A stretch of DNA of 64,000 bases from Eledone cirrhosa. Taxonomy: Eukaryota. The translations under genes and the position numbers were made by a program. Positions 1 to 14,465 of the stretch are shown here, one piece after another (the first letter of the stretch is position 1; each line of letters begins with the position of its first letter). Below the pieces are notes generated by a model. That model was not told where the DNA came from and did no database searches. It saw only the letters and a list, made by a program, of their open reading frames with translations. The stretch covers positions 128,898,001 to 128,962,000 of the forward strand of contig OZ024742.1 of NCBI GenBank assembly GCA_964016885.1. The letters run 5' to 3'.

Positions 1-19
1 ACTCTCTAAAGTTATATTG

Positions 20-323
20 GTACCACAAAACATCCAGCCCACACTGTAAAGTGGTTGTGTTGGTGTCATGATAAAAAGCACCCAGCCCACACTGTAAAAT
101 GGTTGTGTAGGTGTCACGACAAAAAGCACCAACCAACACTATAAAGTGGTTGTGTTGGTGTCATGACAAAAAGCACCCAGCCCACACTGTATATGTGGTT
201 GGTGTTAGGAAGGGTATACAGCCACAAACAGTCCTATACAAGCGAGACATGGTCACCTGACCAAACTTGCCTCAAATGGGACAAACCCGTGTAACCCATG
301 CTAGTGTGGAAGATAGACATTAA

Positions 324-387
<64 letters not shown>
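20..387 (+). mobile_element. RTE-type LINE/SINE 3' UTR with ~47-bp internal tandem repeats and (GAT)n tail
   Basis: Repeated aaaagcacccagcccacactgtaaagtggttgtg units, aacccatgctag..tggaa motif and (GAT)~20 tail. Same 3' end as the RTE copies at 12601-13503 and 40546-43575. Confidence 0.75.
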
Positions 388-388
<1 letters not shown>

Positions 389-639
389 ACTATATCATTT
401 TTGATGATTTAGTGTTAAAGAATAAAAACTAATGATAGAATAAATATATATTTTTAAAAACGAGATCCCTAGGGTGTGGATGTAAGCTATAGCTTATTTA
501 GGTTATAGGTAAATCCAGCACAATACATGCCAGGCTGAAGAGTCCTCTCAAACCCTACATTGTTTACATTTGATTGTCAAACCCCATGAAAAATTAAAAT
601 TCTTTATTTCTAAAAAAAGTGTCCAAATTTCTTTTGCAG

Positions 640-780
640 GCATTACCAGTAAAAAAATCAAAATGACATTGACATTGTCAGATATAGAGAGACTTATAAA
701 AAAAATGTGTGAAACTAAACGAATAAGAATTCATCAGTTTTTTCAGGACTACGATCCCTTGAGGACAGGATATATAACAG
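640..780 (+). CDS. Host EF-hand-repeat gene, first exon in window (candidate ATG 663): MTLTLSDIERLIKKMCETKRIRIHQFFQDYDPLRTGYIT
   Basis: Acceptor tttgcag at 633-639 and donor gtaata at 781. EF-loop-like FQDYDPLRTGYIT. Ends in phase 1, matching the next exon. The acceptor implies an upstream exon outside the window. Confidence 0.85.
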
Positions 781-789
781 GTAATAATG

Positions 790-1585
790 ATTTCTATTTT
801 AGGTACAAGGCCAGCAATTTGAAGGGAAAGGAAAAAGTTAATTAAATGGACCCCAGTGATTTACTGGTATTTTATTCTATCGACTTCATAAGGATGAAAG
901 GCAAAGCTAACTTCAGCAGGATTTGAACTCAGAACATAAAGGGCTGTAACAATATGCCACAAAGCATGTTGTCCAACGCGCTACTGATTCTGTCAATCTA
1001 CTACCGTTTGTGATAGGTAATACTGATTTTTATTTTAGGCACACGGCCAGCAATTTTAGGGGTAAAGGAATGATGGTTAAATTGACTCTAGTACTTAGCT
1101 GGTCCCACATTTTGTTGATCTTGGTCTTGGCAGGATTTGAACACAGAATATAAAAAATCATAACTAAATGTTGCAAAGCATATTGTCCAATGTGCTTTTG
1201 ATTTTTCCTATCTACTGCATATCTTGCAACATGCAGGTATATAGCAGTGTACCTGTTCTAAACCCAATATACAGAGCCTACTTAATGCTAAGTTAATCCT
1301 TTCAAAATTACAAAGACAATGTGCTGGAAATATATGTGGTTTTCTACAGTAATAATTGTTTGTACTTTAGGCACAAGGCCAGCAGTTTGAAGGAAAGGGG
1401 AAAGTTGATTAAATCAACTGGTACTTTATTGGTACTTTATTTTATTGACCCTGGTACTTTATTTTATTGACCCTGTAAGGATAAAAAGTTAAGCTAAACT
1501 TTGTGGGATTTGAACTCAAAATGTAAAGGGATATTATTCTATGCTGCAAAGCATGTTGTTTGATGCCCCACCAATACTGCAGTAA
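790..1585 (-). mobile_element. Three degenerate Nin/Deu-domain tRNA-SINE copies
   Basis: Reverse complement of gagttcaaat..gtcaactttgcctttcatcct..gtcgataaaataaagtaccag core and ggccttgtgcc 3' part at ~790-1010, ~1020-1220 and ~1350-1585. Confidence 0.7.
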
Positions 1586-1768
1586 TAAAGGTCACTAAAA
1601 ATGCTATTTCAATTACATTGTTAAACAATCACCACCACCACCAACACAGTTTTAAGTCAATTCTCCATGCTGGTATGGCTTGTACAGGTTGTCACATTCT
1701 TAGATACGACAGATCAGCTGATCATATCTTGCTCATTTTTCATTTTGGCATGATTTCTATAGCTGGAT

Positions 1769-4081
1769 CACTTTACAGCCTCTACTGGGTGACACCAGCA
1801 CTACCACTTTACAGCCTCTACTGGGTGACACCAGCACTACCACTTTACAGCCTCTACTGGGTGACACCAGTACTACCACTTTACAGCCTCTACTGGGTGA
1901 CACCAGCACTACCACTTTACAGCCTCTACTGGGTGACACCAGCACTACCACTTTACAGCCTCAACTGGGTGACACCAGCACTTCCACTTTACAGCCTCTA
2001 CTGGGTGACACCAGCACTACCACTTTACAGCCTCTACTGGGTGACACCAGTGCTTCCACTTTACAGCCTCAACTGGGTGACACCAGCACTTCCACTTTAC
2101 AGCCTCAACTGGGTGACACCAGTGCTTCCACTTTACAGCCTCTACTGGGTGACACCAGCACTACCACTTTACAGCCTCAACTGGGTGACACCAGCACTTC
2201 CACTTTACAGCCTCTACTGGATGACACCAGCACTTCCACTTTACAGCCTCTACTGGGTGACACCAGCACTTCCACTTTACAGCCTCTACTGGATGACACC
2301 AGCACTTCCACTTTACAGCCTCTACTGGGTGACACCAGCACTTCCACTTTACAGCCTCTACTGGGTGACACCAGCACTACCACTTTACAGCCTCTACTGG
2401 GTGACACCAGCACTTCCACTTTACAGCCTCTGCTGGATGACACCAGCACTTCCACTTTACAGCCTCTACTGGATGACACCAGCACTTCCACTTTACAGCC
2501 TCTACTGGGTGACACCAGCACTACCACTTTACAGCCTCTACTGGGTGACACCAGCACTTCCACTTTACAGCCTCTACTGGATGACACCAGCACTTCCACT
2601 TTACAGCCTCTACTGGGTGACACCAGCACTTCCACTTTACAGCCTCTACTGGGTGACACCAGCACTTCCACTTTACAGCCTCTACTGGGTGACACCAGCA
2701 CTTCCACTTTACAGCCTCTACTGGGTGACACCAGCACTTCCACTTTACAGCCTCTACTGGGTGACACCAGCACTACCACTTTACAGCCTCTACTGGGTGA
2801 CACCAGTGCTTCAACTTTACAGCCTCTACTGGGTGACACCAGCACTACCACTTTACAGCCTCTACTGGGTGACACCAGCACTACCACTTTACAGCCTCTA
2901 CTGGGTGACACCAGTGCTTCCACTTTACAGCCTCTACTGGGTGACACCAGCACTACCACTTTACAGCCTCTACTGGGTGACACCAGCACTTCCACTTTAC
3001 AGCCTCTACTGGGTGACACCAGCACTTCCACTTTACAGCCTCTACTGGGTGACACCAGCACTTCCACTTTACAGCCTCTACTGGGTGACACCAGCACTTC
3101 CACTTTACAGCCTCTACTGGGTGACACCAGCACTTCCACTTTACAGCCTCTACTGGGTGACACCAGCACTTCCACTTTACAGCCTCTACTGGGTGACACC
3201 AGCACTTCCACTTTACAGCCTCTACTGGGTGACACCAGCACTTCAACTTTACAGCCTCTACTGGGTGACACCAGCACTTCCACTTTACAGCCTCTACTGG
3301 GTGACACTAGCACTACCACTTTACAGCCTCTACTGGGTGACACCAGTGCTACCACTTTACAGCCTCTACTGGGTGACACCAGCACTACCACTTTACAGCC
3401 TCTACTGGGTGACACCAGTGCTTCCACTTTACAGCCTCTACTGGGTGACACCAGTACTTCCACTTTACAGCCTCTACTGGGTGACACCAGCACTACCACT
3501 TTACAGCCTCTACTGGGTGACACCAGCACTTCCACTTTACAGCCTCTACTGGGTGACACCAGCACTTCCACTTTACAGCCTCTACTGGGTGACACCAGCA
3601 CTTCCACTTTACAGCCTCTACTGGGTGACACCAGTGCTTCCACTTTACAGCCTCAACTGGGTGACACCAGCACTACCACTTTACAGCCTCTACTGGGTGA
3701 CACCAGCACTTCCACTTTACAGCCTCTACTGGGTGACACCAGTGCTTCCACTTTACAGCCTCTACTGGGTGACACCAGCACTACCACTTTACAGCCTCTA
3801 CTGGGTGACACTAGCACTACCACTTTACAGCCTCTACTGGGTGACACCAGTGCTACCACTTTACAGCCTCTACTGGGTAACACCAGCACTACCACTTTAC
3901 AGCCTCTACTGGGTGACACCAGCACTACCACTTTACAGCCTCTACTGGGTGACACTAGCACTACCACTTTACAGCCTCTACTGGGTGACACCAGTGCTAC
4001 CACTTTACAGCCTCTACTGGGTGACACCAGCACTACCACTTTACAGCCTCTACTGGTTGACACCAGCACTACCACTTTACA
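1769..4081. repeat. 36-bp minisatellite, ~64 copies (ccactttacagcctctactgggtgacaccagcactw)
   Basis: Directly visible homogeneous tandem array. The unit is a multiple of 3, which explains the long spurious ORFs. Confidence 0.97.
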
Positions 4082-5452
4082 GAATGAGCTAGGTGCATTT
4101 TATCACCCAATATTATTCTAAAAAAAATTATCATTGTTTGAGACACAGATAGAGAAAGAGTGACAGATACAAATGTATTAAAAAGTATATTATTTTACAA
4201 GTATGGCTTAATGGTTAGAGAATTAGATTCGCAATTGTGGGGTTGTGAGTTTGATTTCCAGATGGGGCAATGCATTATCTCCTTAAGCAAGACACTTTCT
4301 TTCACATTGCTTTTTCTGACAGGAGTTGTGACTGGTAGACAGTATCAACAATGGAAAGACTAATGGAAACATTATTTTTAATAGTAGGCTTCATACTCAT
4401 CATGGGGTATTTTTTAGGCAATTTTGTATGGCCAGACATCCTTCCTGGTGCATAGCTTTTAGTTGTCTCAAGACATGCAAGGATTATTTATATATATTCA
4501 AAAGATCACCACATAACAAGACTTTAAAGCTACTCAAGGTTAAGAGTTACATGACAGGATGAACATGGAGAGGAGGGTAATGAGGAGAAATTAAAGATTG
4601 ATAGCTGTAAGCAGGAAAATGATGAATGAACTGGCAGTTTGAATGAAATTATGACATGGAGAGGTACTTATTGACCCCTTTTCTTAAAAAGGTCAATTTT
4701 GTAGCCACAAGGAAAGCAATCCCTATATAGTTTGTTCCATAGAGATGTGGTTCTAGGAATGAAACTTATGCCTGATGTTAAGAATACAAAGAAAGTATGG
4801 ATGGTTTACCTCAATGGACTTAGAGAGATGAGTCCTAGCAGAGAAAGTCTGGATTTTGGGTACTGGAGAGTAAATATTCTAAACTGGATACACACACAGT
4901 CTAGCTAATGCAAAGCTAATCCTTTTGAAATAACAAGGATCAAAATTGATGGAGGTTACCTATATTTTCCTACAGCGTTAAACAGACAAGATGTAAATCT
5001 TTGTTGGAGGTACATGGCCTAGTGGTAAGTGTGTTGGACTTATGATCATAATGTTTTGGGTTTAATTCCTGAATTGTTTCTGTGTTATGTTCTCGAGCAA
5101 AACCTTCATTTTACACTGCTACAGTAAACTCAGCTGAAAATGAGTACCAGCAGTAGATGGAGGTTTAACTCTGTCCAGGGGGAAGTAATGTATTCTCACC
5201 AGAGAAACTGGCATATGCACCAACCTGATGAGCCCCTGAGCTCGAGACAGACTTAAGACTTTAGGAGTAAATCTTTGCCTGGTAAAAGTAAAATGTATTA
5301 TTTTTCAGCTCAGTATTAGATGATAAGGTGGTTGATTTGGCTGAGTTCTTAGAGCTTTGGATATTTATAATGAATTTTGCCTTCTGAGTCCAAATCTAGC
5401 TTTCATTATTTCCATGTCAATAAAGAAAGTACCAGTCCAGCACTAATGCAAC

Positions 5453-5755
5453 CAGTACTGGACTTACCTACAAGCTAAATAAGCTATAGCTTAGGGCCAC
5501 ACATCCTAAGGGGCCTCATTTTTTAAAACATATGTTTATTCTATCGTTAGTTTTTATTCTTTAATGCTAAATCATCAAAAATTATATATATATATATATA
5601 TAAATATTATTTATTCTTTATCATTAATATTAATATTAATATTAAAAAACATAATCATGTATGATTATTTAAAATTTTTTTACTCGAATATTTTTCAGAG
5701 AAGGGCTTCAGATTTCATATAGCTAAGGGCCTCAGCAGATAAAAGTCCAACCCTG
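5453..5755. mobile_element. Short hAT-like MITE (partial inverted copy at ~390-522)
   Basis: Imperfect TIRs CAGTACTGGACTT / AAGTCCAACCCTG and degenerate 8-bp TSD (aatgcaac/ggtgcaac). 5457-5585 is the reverse complement of ~392-521. Confidence 0.55.
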
Positions 5756-6302
5756 GGTGCAACCCTCTTTCCTTCCCGGCTGTCACATCCTAGATGATCT
5801 GCTGGATCAAGGAGGGAGAGTTAAGAGGGTGCCTATGCTTATTCATGACTGCATTAGCACCTAAAACCTTTAGCAAACAACACAGTACATACCACCAACT
5901 AATACTTGATTGTGAATGAAGGCTGTAGTAGTTTTATTGGGTGGTACACTTTATACGTTATCTAGTTTAAACACCACCACTTGACCATTAGATATCTTTA
6001 TCTGAGTCCTCTCTGTTGTAAGCCTTCAATCCAGATCTTCAGTTTGAAAATGCCTTCCTCCTTCCCAGAGTCTCAGAGGATAGGGGAAAATGTTATGCCA
6101 CTACAGACTAAATAGTATGACTTAATAGTATGGCTTAATTTTTCTGGAAAGATTTGGCTTAAATTTAGCATAAAAATCTCCTAACTCAGAACTTGTATAG
6201 AAATTATAAGTTCATACAGCTTCACATTTCTAAATCTGTGGGAAATTATATACTTGATGTAGTAAGACAAGAAATCTTAATTAAACAAAATTACATCTTT
6301 AG

Positions 6303-6650
6303 AAAGGTGGTGAATTGGCAGAGTTGTTAGAATGTCAGATAGAATGTTTTGCAGTATTTGTTCTGGTCCCCTGTGCTTTGAGTTCAAAATCCATCGGGGT
6401 CAACTTTGTCTTTTGTCCTTTTGAGGGCAATAAAAAAGTACCAGTCTAGCACTAGGGTTGATTCTTACTCTATATCTCTTTTCTGCTTCCTTTCTCTCAC
6501 AATCTCTAACTGTCACTGGAAGAAATTGGCTGTGTTCAGTCTTGGAGAAGGGATGGGTTCTGCCAGGTTATACAAAATGGCCAAGACATTCTGTATGTCA
6601 CTACAGTGTCCCTAGAGCCCCACTAGGAGTTACAGGTCCATGTAACTCAT
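6303..6650 (+). mobile_element. Nin/Deu-domain SINE variant (inverted sister at ~7650-7980, another at ~49080-49400)
   Basis: tRNA-like head, gagttcaaa B-box and conserved core. A distinctive 3' part (gctgtgttcagtcttggaga) is shared by all three copies. Confidence 0.7.
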
Positions 6651-6687
6651 AGTCATCTTTAGCGATGAGAACAATCATTATCTAAAT

Positions 6688-7349
6688 CAAAGGTTCTCAA
6701 CGGGGGGCATATGCACCCCCGGGGGGCGTTTCAGAACTCCAGGTGGAGTCGCGTTAGGGGGGCGTTTGGAGCTGTGGGAGGGGGTTAGGGGGGCGCTGGG
6801 TTTTTCCATTTTTTAGGATCTCAATTACCGGACATGCCTGCACACCTGCGGTCAGACTATAGTTATGCTGTCTGCAGCTGTGAGTAGGTGTGCAGGCATG
6901 TCCGGTAATTGAGATCCTAAAAATGGAAAAACCCACAGTCAACTGGGTCAAAGACACTTTGAGCGCAGCCAGTTAGAATCTTGTCTGAAATTATTGACTC
7001 AACCGCAACGAGTTAACACGATGTAGATCTATTTTATTCCCTATTGTATAAATAATATTAAAAATAAAAAAAAGAAAAGAAAAAAACAGAAGCGAGTAGA
7101 ACACACATCTAGGACCACATACAACACATAATCAGATAATACACACATCTAGAACCACATACAACACATAATCAGATAATACACACATGTTTGGAATATT
7201 GTTAATCAATTTTTTAGTAATCTACTGATATAAAAATCAGTAGTATATTGAAAACGTGAAACAATAGGGTGGCGGGGGGGGGGGGGGGGCGTTTCGTGAT
7301 TTCGAGGGACAAAAGGGAGCGTTTGGCCTAAATGGGTTGAGAACCTGTG
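6688..7349. mobile_element. Non-autonomous hAT (Charlie-type) element
   Basis: TIRs CAAAGGTTCTCAAC / GTTGAGAACCTGTG and exact 8-bp TSD ATCTAAAT (6680-6687, 7350-7357). Confidence 0.9.
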
Positions 7350-9412
7350 ATCTAAATGACTAATTCTGGCCCCCACAAAATAGACGTGTAGGATAACTCT
7401 GGGCAATAAGCATTCTGGGGTAATTTTCCATGCTAAAGTAATGGGTCCTTTGAGGACCCATGGTAGACTTTCCACTCATCATTGGGTCTTTTTGAGGCAA
7501 AGTCTTACAGCCAGATAACCTTCTTGATGCCAACCAGCCCTTTTATTCACCTCTTGCAACATGCAGTGATACGATGTAACTATTTTAACCAAGATACACA
7601 TGGAGACTAAACTGTGAAATTGTAATTAAATGTGATGTGTGATGTGATAGTCCCGTAACTCCTGTTGTAGTTGTAGGGGCACTGTAGTGGCACACACCAT
7701 TTCTTGGGCATTTTAAACCTGGCAGATCCCATTTCCTCTCCAAGACTGAACACAGCAGATTTCTTTCAGAGTAGGATAGAGAATGAGAGAAAGAAAGTGA
7801 GAGATATAGAGGAAGGATCAATCCCAGTACTAGACTGGTACTTTTATTTCAACCTCAAAAGGATGAAAGGCAAAGTTGACCTTGGTGAGATTTAAATTCA
7901 GAGAGAAGACAGCTGGAATGAATACCACAAAGGATTCTTTTCCGATGTTCTAACGACTCTGCCAAATCCACTGCCAAATTGCAATTAAATAAAATCAATT
8001 AGATATTTAATGCAATAAGGAGTAACTTTGATCTTCAGTATTTAGAAGAGTGACAGCTCCAGATATGTTTCTATATTATTAGAAATCAATAAAACCTAGT
8101 CAAGCCATGGCTACTAGTGATAAGATATATAGCAAGATTAAGGGTCGTGTAGGTAGTGGATTGTGTTGTGGTGTTGATTCATTTGTTGCGTGTGTGCTCA
8201 CTTGTAGGTTGCTGAGTCGTGTGGTCACTGTTGTGTTACACACTGTGACCAGTGATTGTGTGTGTTCAGATAAGTGAGTAAGTGTTCATTAAGATGATAA
8301 CGATATGATAGTTCCTTGATCACACAGAAAATGAATATATATAAATGAACCATGATAACACCAAACCGCTATCTATATATTAATTTCAACAATGTCAGTA
8401 TTCTGTGTGTCATAATTCTCGATTATCATTGGTTCATAGGTTTCAAACAACTCCGCCCACCTCAACGACACCAAACTTAAATTAATATGCATAATACCAA
8501 TGAGGGAGTGAGAGGGGAGAGTAAGAAACAGAGAGGCAAAGTGAACGCTGTAACTATTACCATGTGTGCGTGTGTATGTACGTGCGCGTATGTTTATGTG
8601 TGTGTGCGTGCGTGCAGCGTTCCACAGAAAGTAAAAGCAATTCGACTTTATCAAACTGAACTACAGCGGCAACGGCATGCAGCCAGGAATGAAGAAAAAC
8701 GGGCCGAACAGCACCATCGGAACGCCAAACTTCAGAGGTGAAGACGTGCCGCCATGTATGAAGAGGAGCTGGCTGAACAACGCTAATGAAACACTGGAGC
8801 CAAGCAGCGACGGCGTGCTGCAATGGTTGAAGATGAACTGGCTGAGCATCATCTTTTATATTAATCATCTATATCTATATCTACATATAATATAAAAGAT
8901 TGGAACTTCCATCATCCTTTTGAGAAACGTGGAACAACCACGTCTATGCAATGATACACGTTTTACAGTCAGGCAGAAGATGAACCATCTCCTAGAGGTC
9001 ACTATTCTAGGTGGGAGCACCTAGAATTGTTCATATACTATGCACAAAAGGTACAACAAAGAATCTGGTATATCTGGAAGATTCTTTTAACTGTTTTTTG
9101 TATCACACAGACACCACGGACTCGCCTCATACTGTAACCAGACAAACATCCAATATAGTCATTTTCTCTTTTACCTGTCTTCTCTTATCATCTGTTTACC
9201 TGGGCGAAGCTGGGTACGTCAGCTAGTATTATTAATTTATGGAAAATAGCTCAGGCCGAAGCTATATGAAAAATACACAAGAATTGTGGATGTTATTTGT
9301 TTGTTTGTAAAAGTAATATTAAAGTTGCATTTACCAAAAAACTTTGTGAACTTCACTGGTTTGGTCGAGAGAGAGACCAAGAGATAGAGATGAGTGAAAG
9401 AGAGAGAGAGTA

Positions 9413-9446
<34 letters not shown>

Positions 9447-9797
9447 CAAGAGAGAGTCAGATTAAGTAAGACCCAAAGGGTCTGTGTAAAGCAATAGTTT
9501 ACATGTTTACTCTATGAAGAATCGCCCCGAACTGCCTTAAGAACCTATTTTTGCTTTCACCTTAAAATGAGCTGCTACTTCAGACAACTAACGCCAATGG
9601 AGATAACCTAGAAAATGTCCGTTAGATGTCACTTGGGGTTCAAAGTGTGGATAGGTTTTGCAACAGATATACAGTTTTTTCAAGAATTAACACCTTGTGG
9701 CATAATAATTGCATTATTTTTACCAGTAATGTACTGGGATAATTGCTGGCCTTGTGCAAAAAAGTGGAAACAATTATTTTTATTTGTTCTTAAATTC

Positions 9798-10455
9798 ATT
9801 ATTATTGTTATTATTGTTTCTTCATTCAGCTTCTAAATGTATTACAGTGTTAGCTGTTCACTACCAGTGAACTGAGGTAACACCCCTTATTTTTTGAGTA
9901 CCCTCCAGAGTATTTGAGCTGTTCCAAGCAATGCTGTTTTTTGTAAGTGTTCCATCCATAGTGCAATCTCTATTTGTTTAAAGTCTGGGCAGGCTATATC
10001 TATGGTCCAACACTGCTTTCTTTCACAATACAGTTTGCTTTCTTTCACAATTAATTCAATATCTGGTGTCCTATGCTCAATCTCATGATCCTCCCCTACT
10101 ACAAAGTCCCACAGGATCTTTGCATTATCATTTTCAATAACATCCCTGTTCTGTCAAGTGCATATTTGCCACAAAGTGCCCAATGGATTATCCTTGCTAT
10201 GTTGTCGTGACATCTCTTATATTCTTTCTAAGCTAGTGGTGTGCATTGACTGGTAATATGCCATACAGTTTCTCCATTCATGCCACAAATTATACACTTA
10301 TCACTTTCTGCTGTGTGGTCTACTCTATGCTTGATATAGTTAGTTCTTAGTGCTTGTTCTTGAGCAGCACAGATTAAGGCTTCTGTTTATGGTTTTAGAT
10401 CCACAACCACCTTTTCTTCCTGTCTGTCCTATCTTCAACATATCTATAGAATTGT
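9798..10455 (-). mobile_element. R4/Dong-like RLE non-LTR retrotransposon, degenerate 3' fragment
   Basis: Minus strand encodes C.ICGMNGETVWHITSQC, HDNIARIIHW and LQKTALLGTAQIL. TAA-like tail at ~9798-9816. Confidence 0.75.
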
Positions 10456-10459
10456 GCAT

Positions 10460-11728
10460 ACATGAATGCACACATCACATCCATTATCTACTACCACCTG
10501 ACCAACATGCCTTGTCTTAAGCCCTGTCTGCCTTCACTGGACCATTTGCTCTTGTGGAAGGGACACATTCTAATGGTCAGGTGGCTCATCTGCTGTCAAT
10601 ATATGCTGCGTAGAGGACTGGGAATGTCATGGCTGATGATGTGCAAACATGTGCTGAGGCTACGACATCTCCATCTTTTCCTTAACGGTGAACAAGTGTG
10701 ATCACTGTTCTCTAGACACATGTTTCCACAGCTTGTCTCCTTGACAGAGTTGCAGTCATGAGTCAAATGGAGACCGAGAGGGTGCACTTGGAAACTGGAA
10801 TGTCTTCAAACAGTCTCATCCCTCTACCAATCAGGCAATATGATCAGTGGAAACTCCACCTTGGTATTCTATAAAGGGTTAGTGGCAGATAAAAGTGATG
10901 ATATTCTTAGGGAAACTCTGGGCATCGAGGAAAATCAACTAGCCTCTCTTTACTGGACGACATTTGGTTCAGGACCCATGGACAATTTCCAGGAATCCCT
11001 GGCCTGGCAGTGCTACTGGGGGGCTTTGCTAGTTCAGGATAAACTCTACAGGCATGGTAGTTCTATCATCCAGGTCTGTCAGTAATGCACACAGAGCACC
11101 AAAACCATCCTACATGCATTTATCTAGTGACTCAGCATTGCTGCTTTGTGGATATATGTTGAAAAGCTGCTGTCATGTGTAGAACAAATCTGGCTATCAG
11201 CTGATTGTGGAGATTGCCTCACCAACTTTTAATCAGGAAGGGCAGGCTGTTTTTATCTGTCTGCTAGCTATGGCAAAAGAGGTTGTATGGTGGACATGTC
11301 TGAATGGGTTGAAGACAAGCAATTTATTCTTCGGTGAAGCTCTGATTAACCTTTTCAGGTTTCACTTGAAGAGAAAAATCAGGATAGAGAGGGAAGCGTT
11401 GCCTTCCAAGCAGTTTGTTGTAAGATGGGTAAGAGATGCGAGCATGGCCCACTCTGAGTGTGAGCCTGTAGATTGGAGAACAACTAGGACAGGACACTTA
11501 CCCTAGAGATCAGGGCATCCATGTTTTTATGGTTTTTTTTCCATAAGCGGCCTTCAAACAACTGCTCCCTATTGAGGAATTGCCATTGTTAAAATTTTTT
11601 ATTGTTACCTTTCTTTTTATTATTGTTAAACTTGTTTACAAATGAAACCCACACATACACACACTATATTTTTGTCCTGTGCACTTCTAATGTTTTTAAT
11701 GTAAACCCTTTCTGGTGAATAAAGAAAG
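10460..11728 (+). mobile_element. Tx1/L1-clade LINE, degenerate 3' fragment
   Basis: Homologous to 56450-57720 (LRLRHL, GEQV, MDNFQESLAWQCY, DKLYRHG, FHLKRK). Confidence 0.85.
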
Positions 11729-11729
11729 T

Positions 11730-12212
11730 TTTCCTGTCTGATAGCTGCAGCGAAAGAGGTTGTGTAGTGGACGCGACTGAAAGGTTTGAAGACAGACACT
11801 TTCCTCTTCTGTCAAGCCCTCGTCAACTTTTTCAAGCTCCACTTTGAAAGAAAGATAAGGGTGGAGAGAGAAATGCTGACTCCAGAACATATTTTAAAAG
11901 GTGGGTGACTGTTGTGAGAATGGCCCGTGTGAATGGGCCCATCCTGAACATGTGCCTGTAGGCTGGAAAGATGGAGGGAAAGAGGAGTTCTCTCCTAGGG
12001 TGCTCTTGGAGATGAGGGTGAGTTGGGATTTGTGGGGTTCCTAACGTCACCCCTGGGTGGTATCCCCCCATTGGGGAATTCTGTTGTTGATTTTTTTTGT
12101 TTATTTATTTTGTTAATTTTTTTACTTGATTGCAAGTAAACCCCCACTGTCCCCGTCTTTGTATTGTCCTCTATGTTCGGCCCTTGTGGCCAATAATAAA
12201 GAAATCATTATT
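11730..12212 (+). mobile_element. Second Tx1/L1 3' fragment, ending at the exon 2 acceptor tract
   Basis: Matches 57270-57730 including the terminal cccttgtggc.aataa..gaaatcatta. Confidence 0.85.
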
Positions 12213-12236
12213 TTTATTATTTATTTTTTTTAATAG

Positions 12237-12441
12237 AAACTCAATATTTCCGATGTCTAAGTCAGACCCTTAGTCTTGCACTAAGCAAAGCTGAAGAGAG
12301 AGTCCTTTCCTCAAAATATGACTTTCGAAGAAATAAGACCATCAACTACCGAGAGTTTTGTTCCACAATAAATAAAGCAATCTTAGAAAACAATAATTTT
12401 GATGAAGAGGATGAAGAATTCCAGCACCCTCAAGATTCAGT
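12237..12441 (+). CDS. Host gene exon 2: (E)[67 protein letters not shown](V)
   Basis: T-rich tract plus tag acceptor; gtaagt donor at 12442. Open frame in phase with exon 1. Second EF-hand-like helix-loop (KYD....INYREFC). Not recovered by the ORF track. Confidence 0.85.
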
Positions 12442-12455
12442 GTAAGTTATTTGAA

Positions 12456-13503
<1,048 letters not shown>

Positions 13504-13558
13504 TATATAACCCTTGCAAGCAGGGAAAGGCGGACGTAAAATGAAATGATGATGATGA

Positions 13559-13595
<37 letters not shown>

Positions 13596-13596
<1 letters not shown>

Positions 13597-14465
13597 CTAA
13601 GAATGTAGACTTCACATGCAGCAGCTGTGCTGGGACAGCAAGCAGCAAACGACCACAGGAAACAAGCACCACCAAACTGTGGGAGGGCTCTGTAGAAACA
13701 GTAGACAGCTTCTGCTACCTAGGTGACCAAATTAGCAGCAGAGGTGGGTGTTAGGAAAGTACAATAACTAAGGTAAGAACGGGATGGAAGAAGTTCAGGG
13801 AGCTACTGCCACTGCTAGCTGCAAAAGGCTTTTCCCTCAAAATGAAAGGCAGACTGTATGATGCGTGTATACGAACAGCAATGTTACATGGTAGTGAAAC
13901 CTGGGCGCTGTCTGTGGAAGACTTGCGCAGATTAAAAAGAAACTAAGCCTGCATGCTCCAATGGATGTGTAATAGTAATATACGCGAATGGCAAAGCATA
14001 AATGAATTGAGAGAGACTGAGCATAAGAGGAATCAAATGCTGTGTGCAGGAGAGGAGGTTACGTTGGTATGGACATGTGATGCGTATGAAGGATGACAGC
14101 TGCATAAAAAGGTGCAGAGCACTAGAAGTCGATGGAAACCGCGGAGTGGGGAGACCCAAGAAGACCTGGGATGAGGTGATAGCACCTCCAATGTGAAACG
14201 TTTATCTGTGAGGCCCTGTTAAAAACTCACGAACTGGACATGTTCACCGGCATCAAGAGTTGACACTGCACTCAGTGCTCCTGTGGGAGCTCCTGTATGG
14301 ACACACTGGAAGAGGAAGACCGAGGTTAACATATGTTGATGCTCTAAGGACAAACACTGGTCTGTTGGAGATGCAGGGCATGGCAGCGATAATAAGGGAC
14401 AGAGACCACTGGAAAGAACTCGTCTATGGATCTCGGGAATTTTACCTGCCCTAGATAGATAGATA
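13596..14465 (+). mobile_element. Second RTE fragment (near-duplicate of 12601-13090) fused to a different RTE 3' end with (TAGA)n tail
   Basis: 13697-14180 is highly similar to 12603-13090. 14180-14455 encodes [11 protein letters not shown]...RDRDHW. Confidence 0.8.

Noticed and set aside
1769-4081. CRISPR-like 36-bp repeat array
   Set aside because: No unique spacers, no cas genes, and a eukaryotic context.
1618-4092. 824-aa ORF (YSLYWVTPALPL)n and antisense repeat ORFs
   Set aside because: Artefact of a stop-free 36-bp minisatellite in an intron; no splice or homology support.
5224-5255. CTGATGAGCCC...GAGAC as a hammerhead
   Set aside because: GAAA is replaced by GAGA and there is no stem I or III; it lies in a SINE 3' tail.
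8560-8900. Short GC-richer ORF cluster as a host exon
   Set aside because: No compatible splice sites, and exons 1 and 2 already join in frame. Probably an unidentified transposon fragment.
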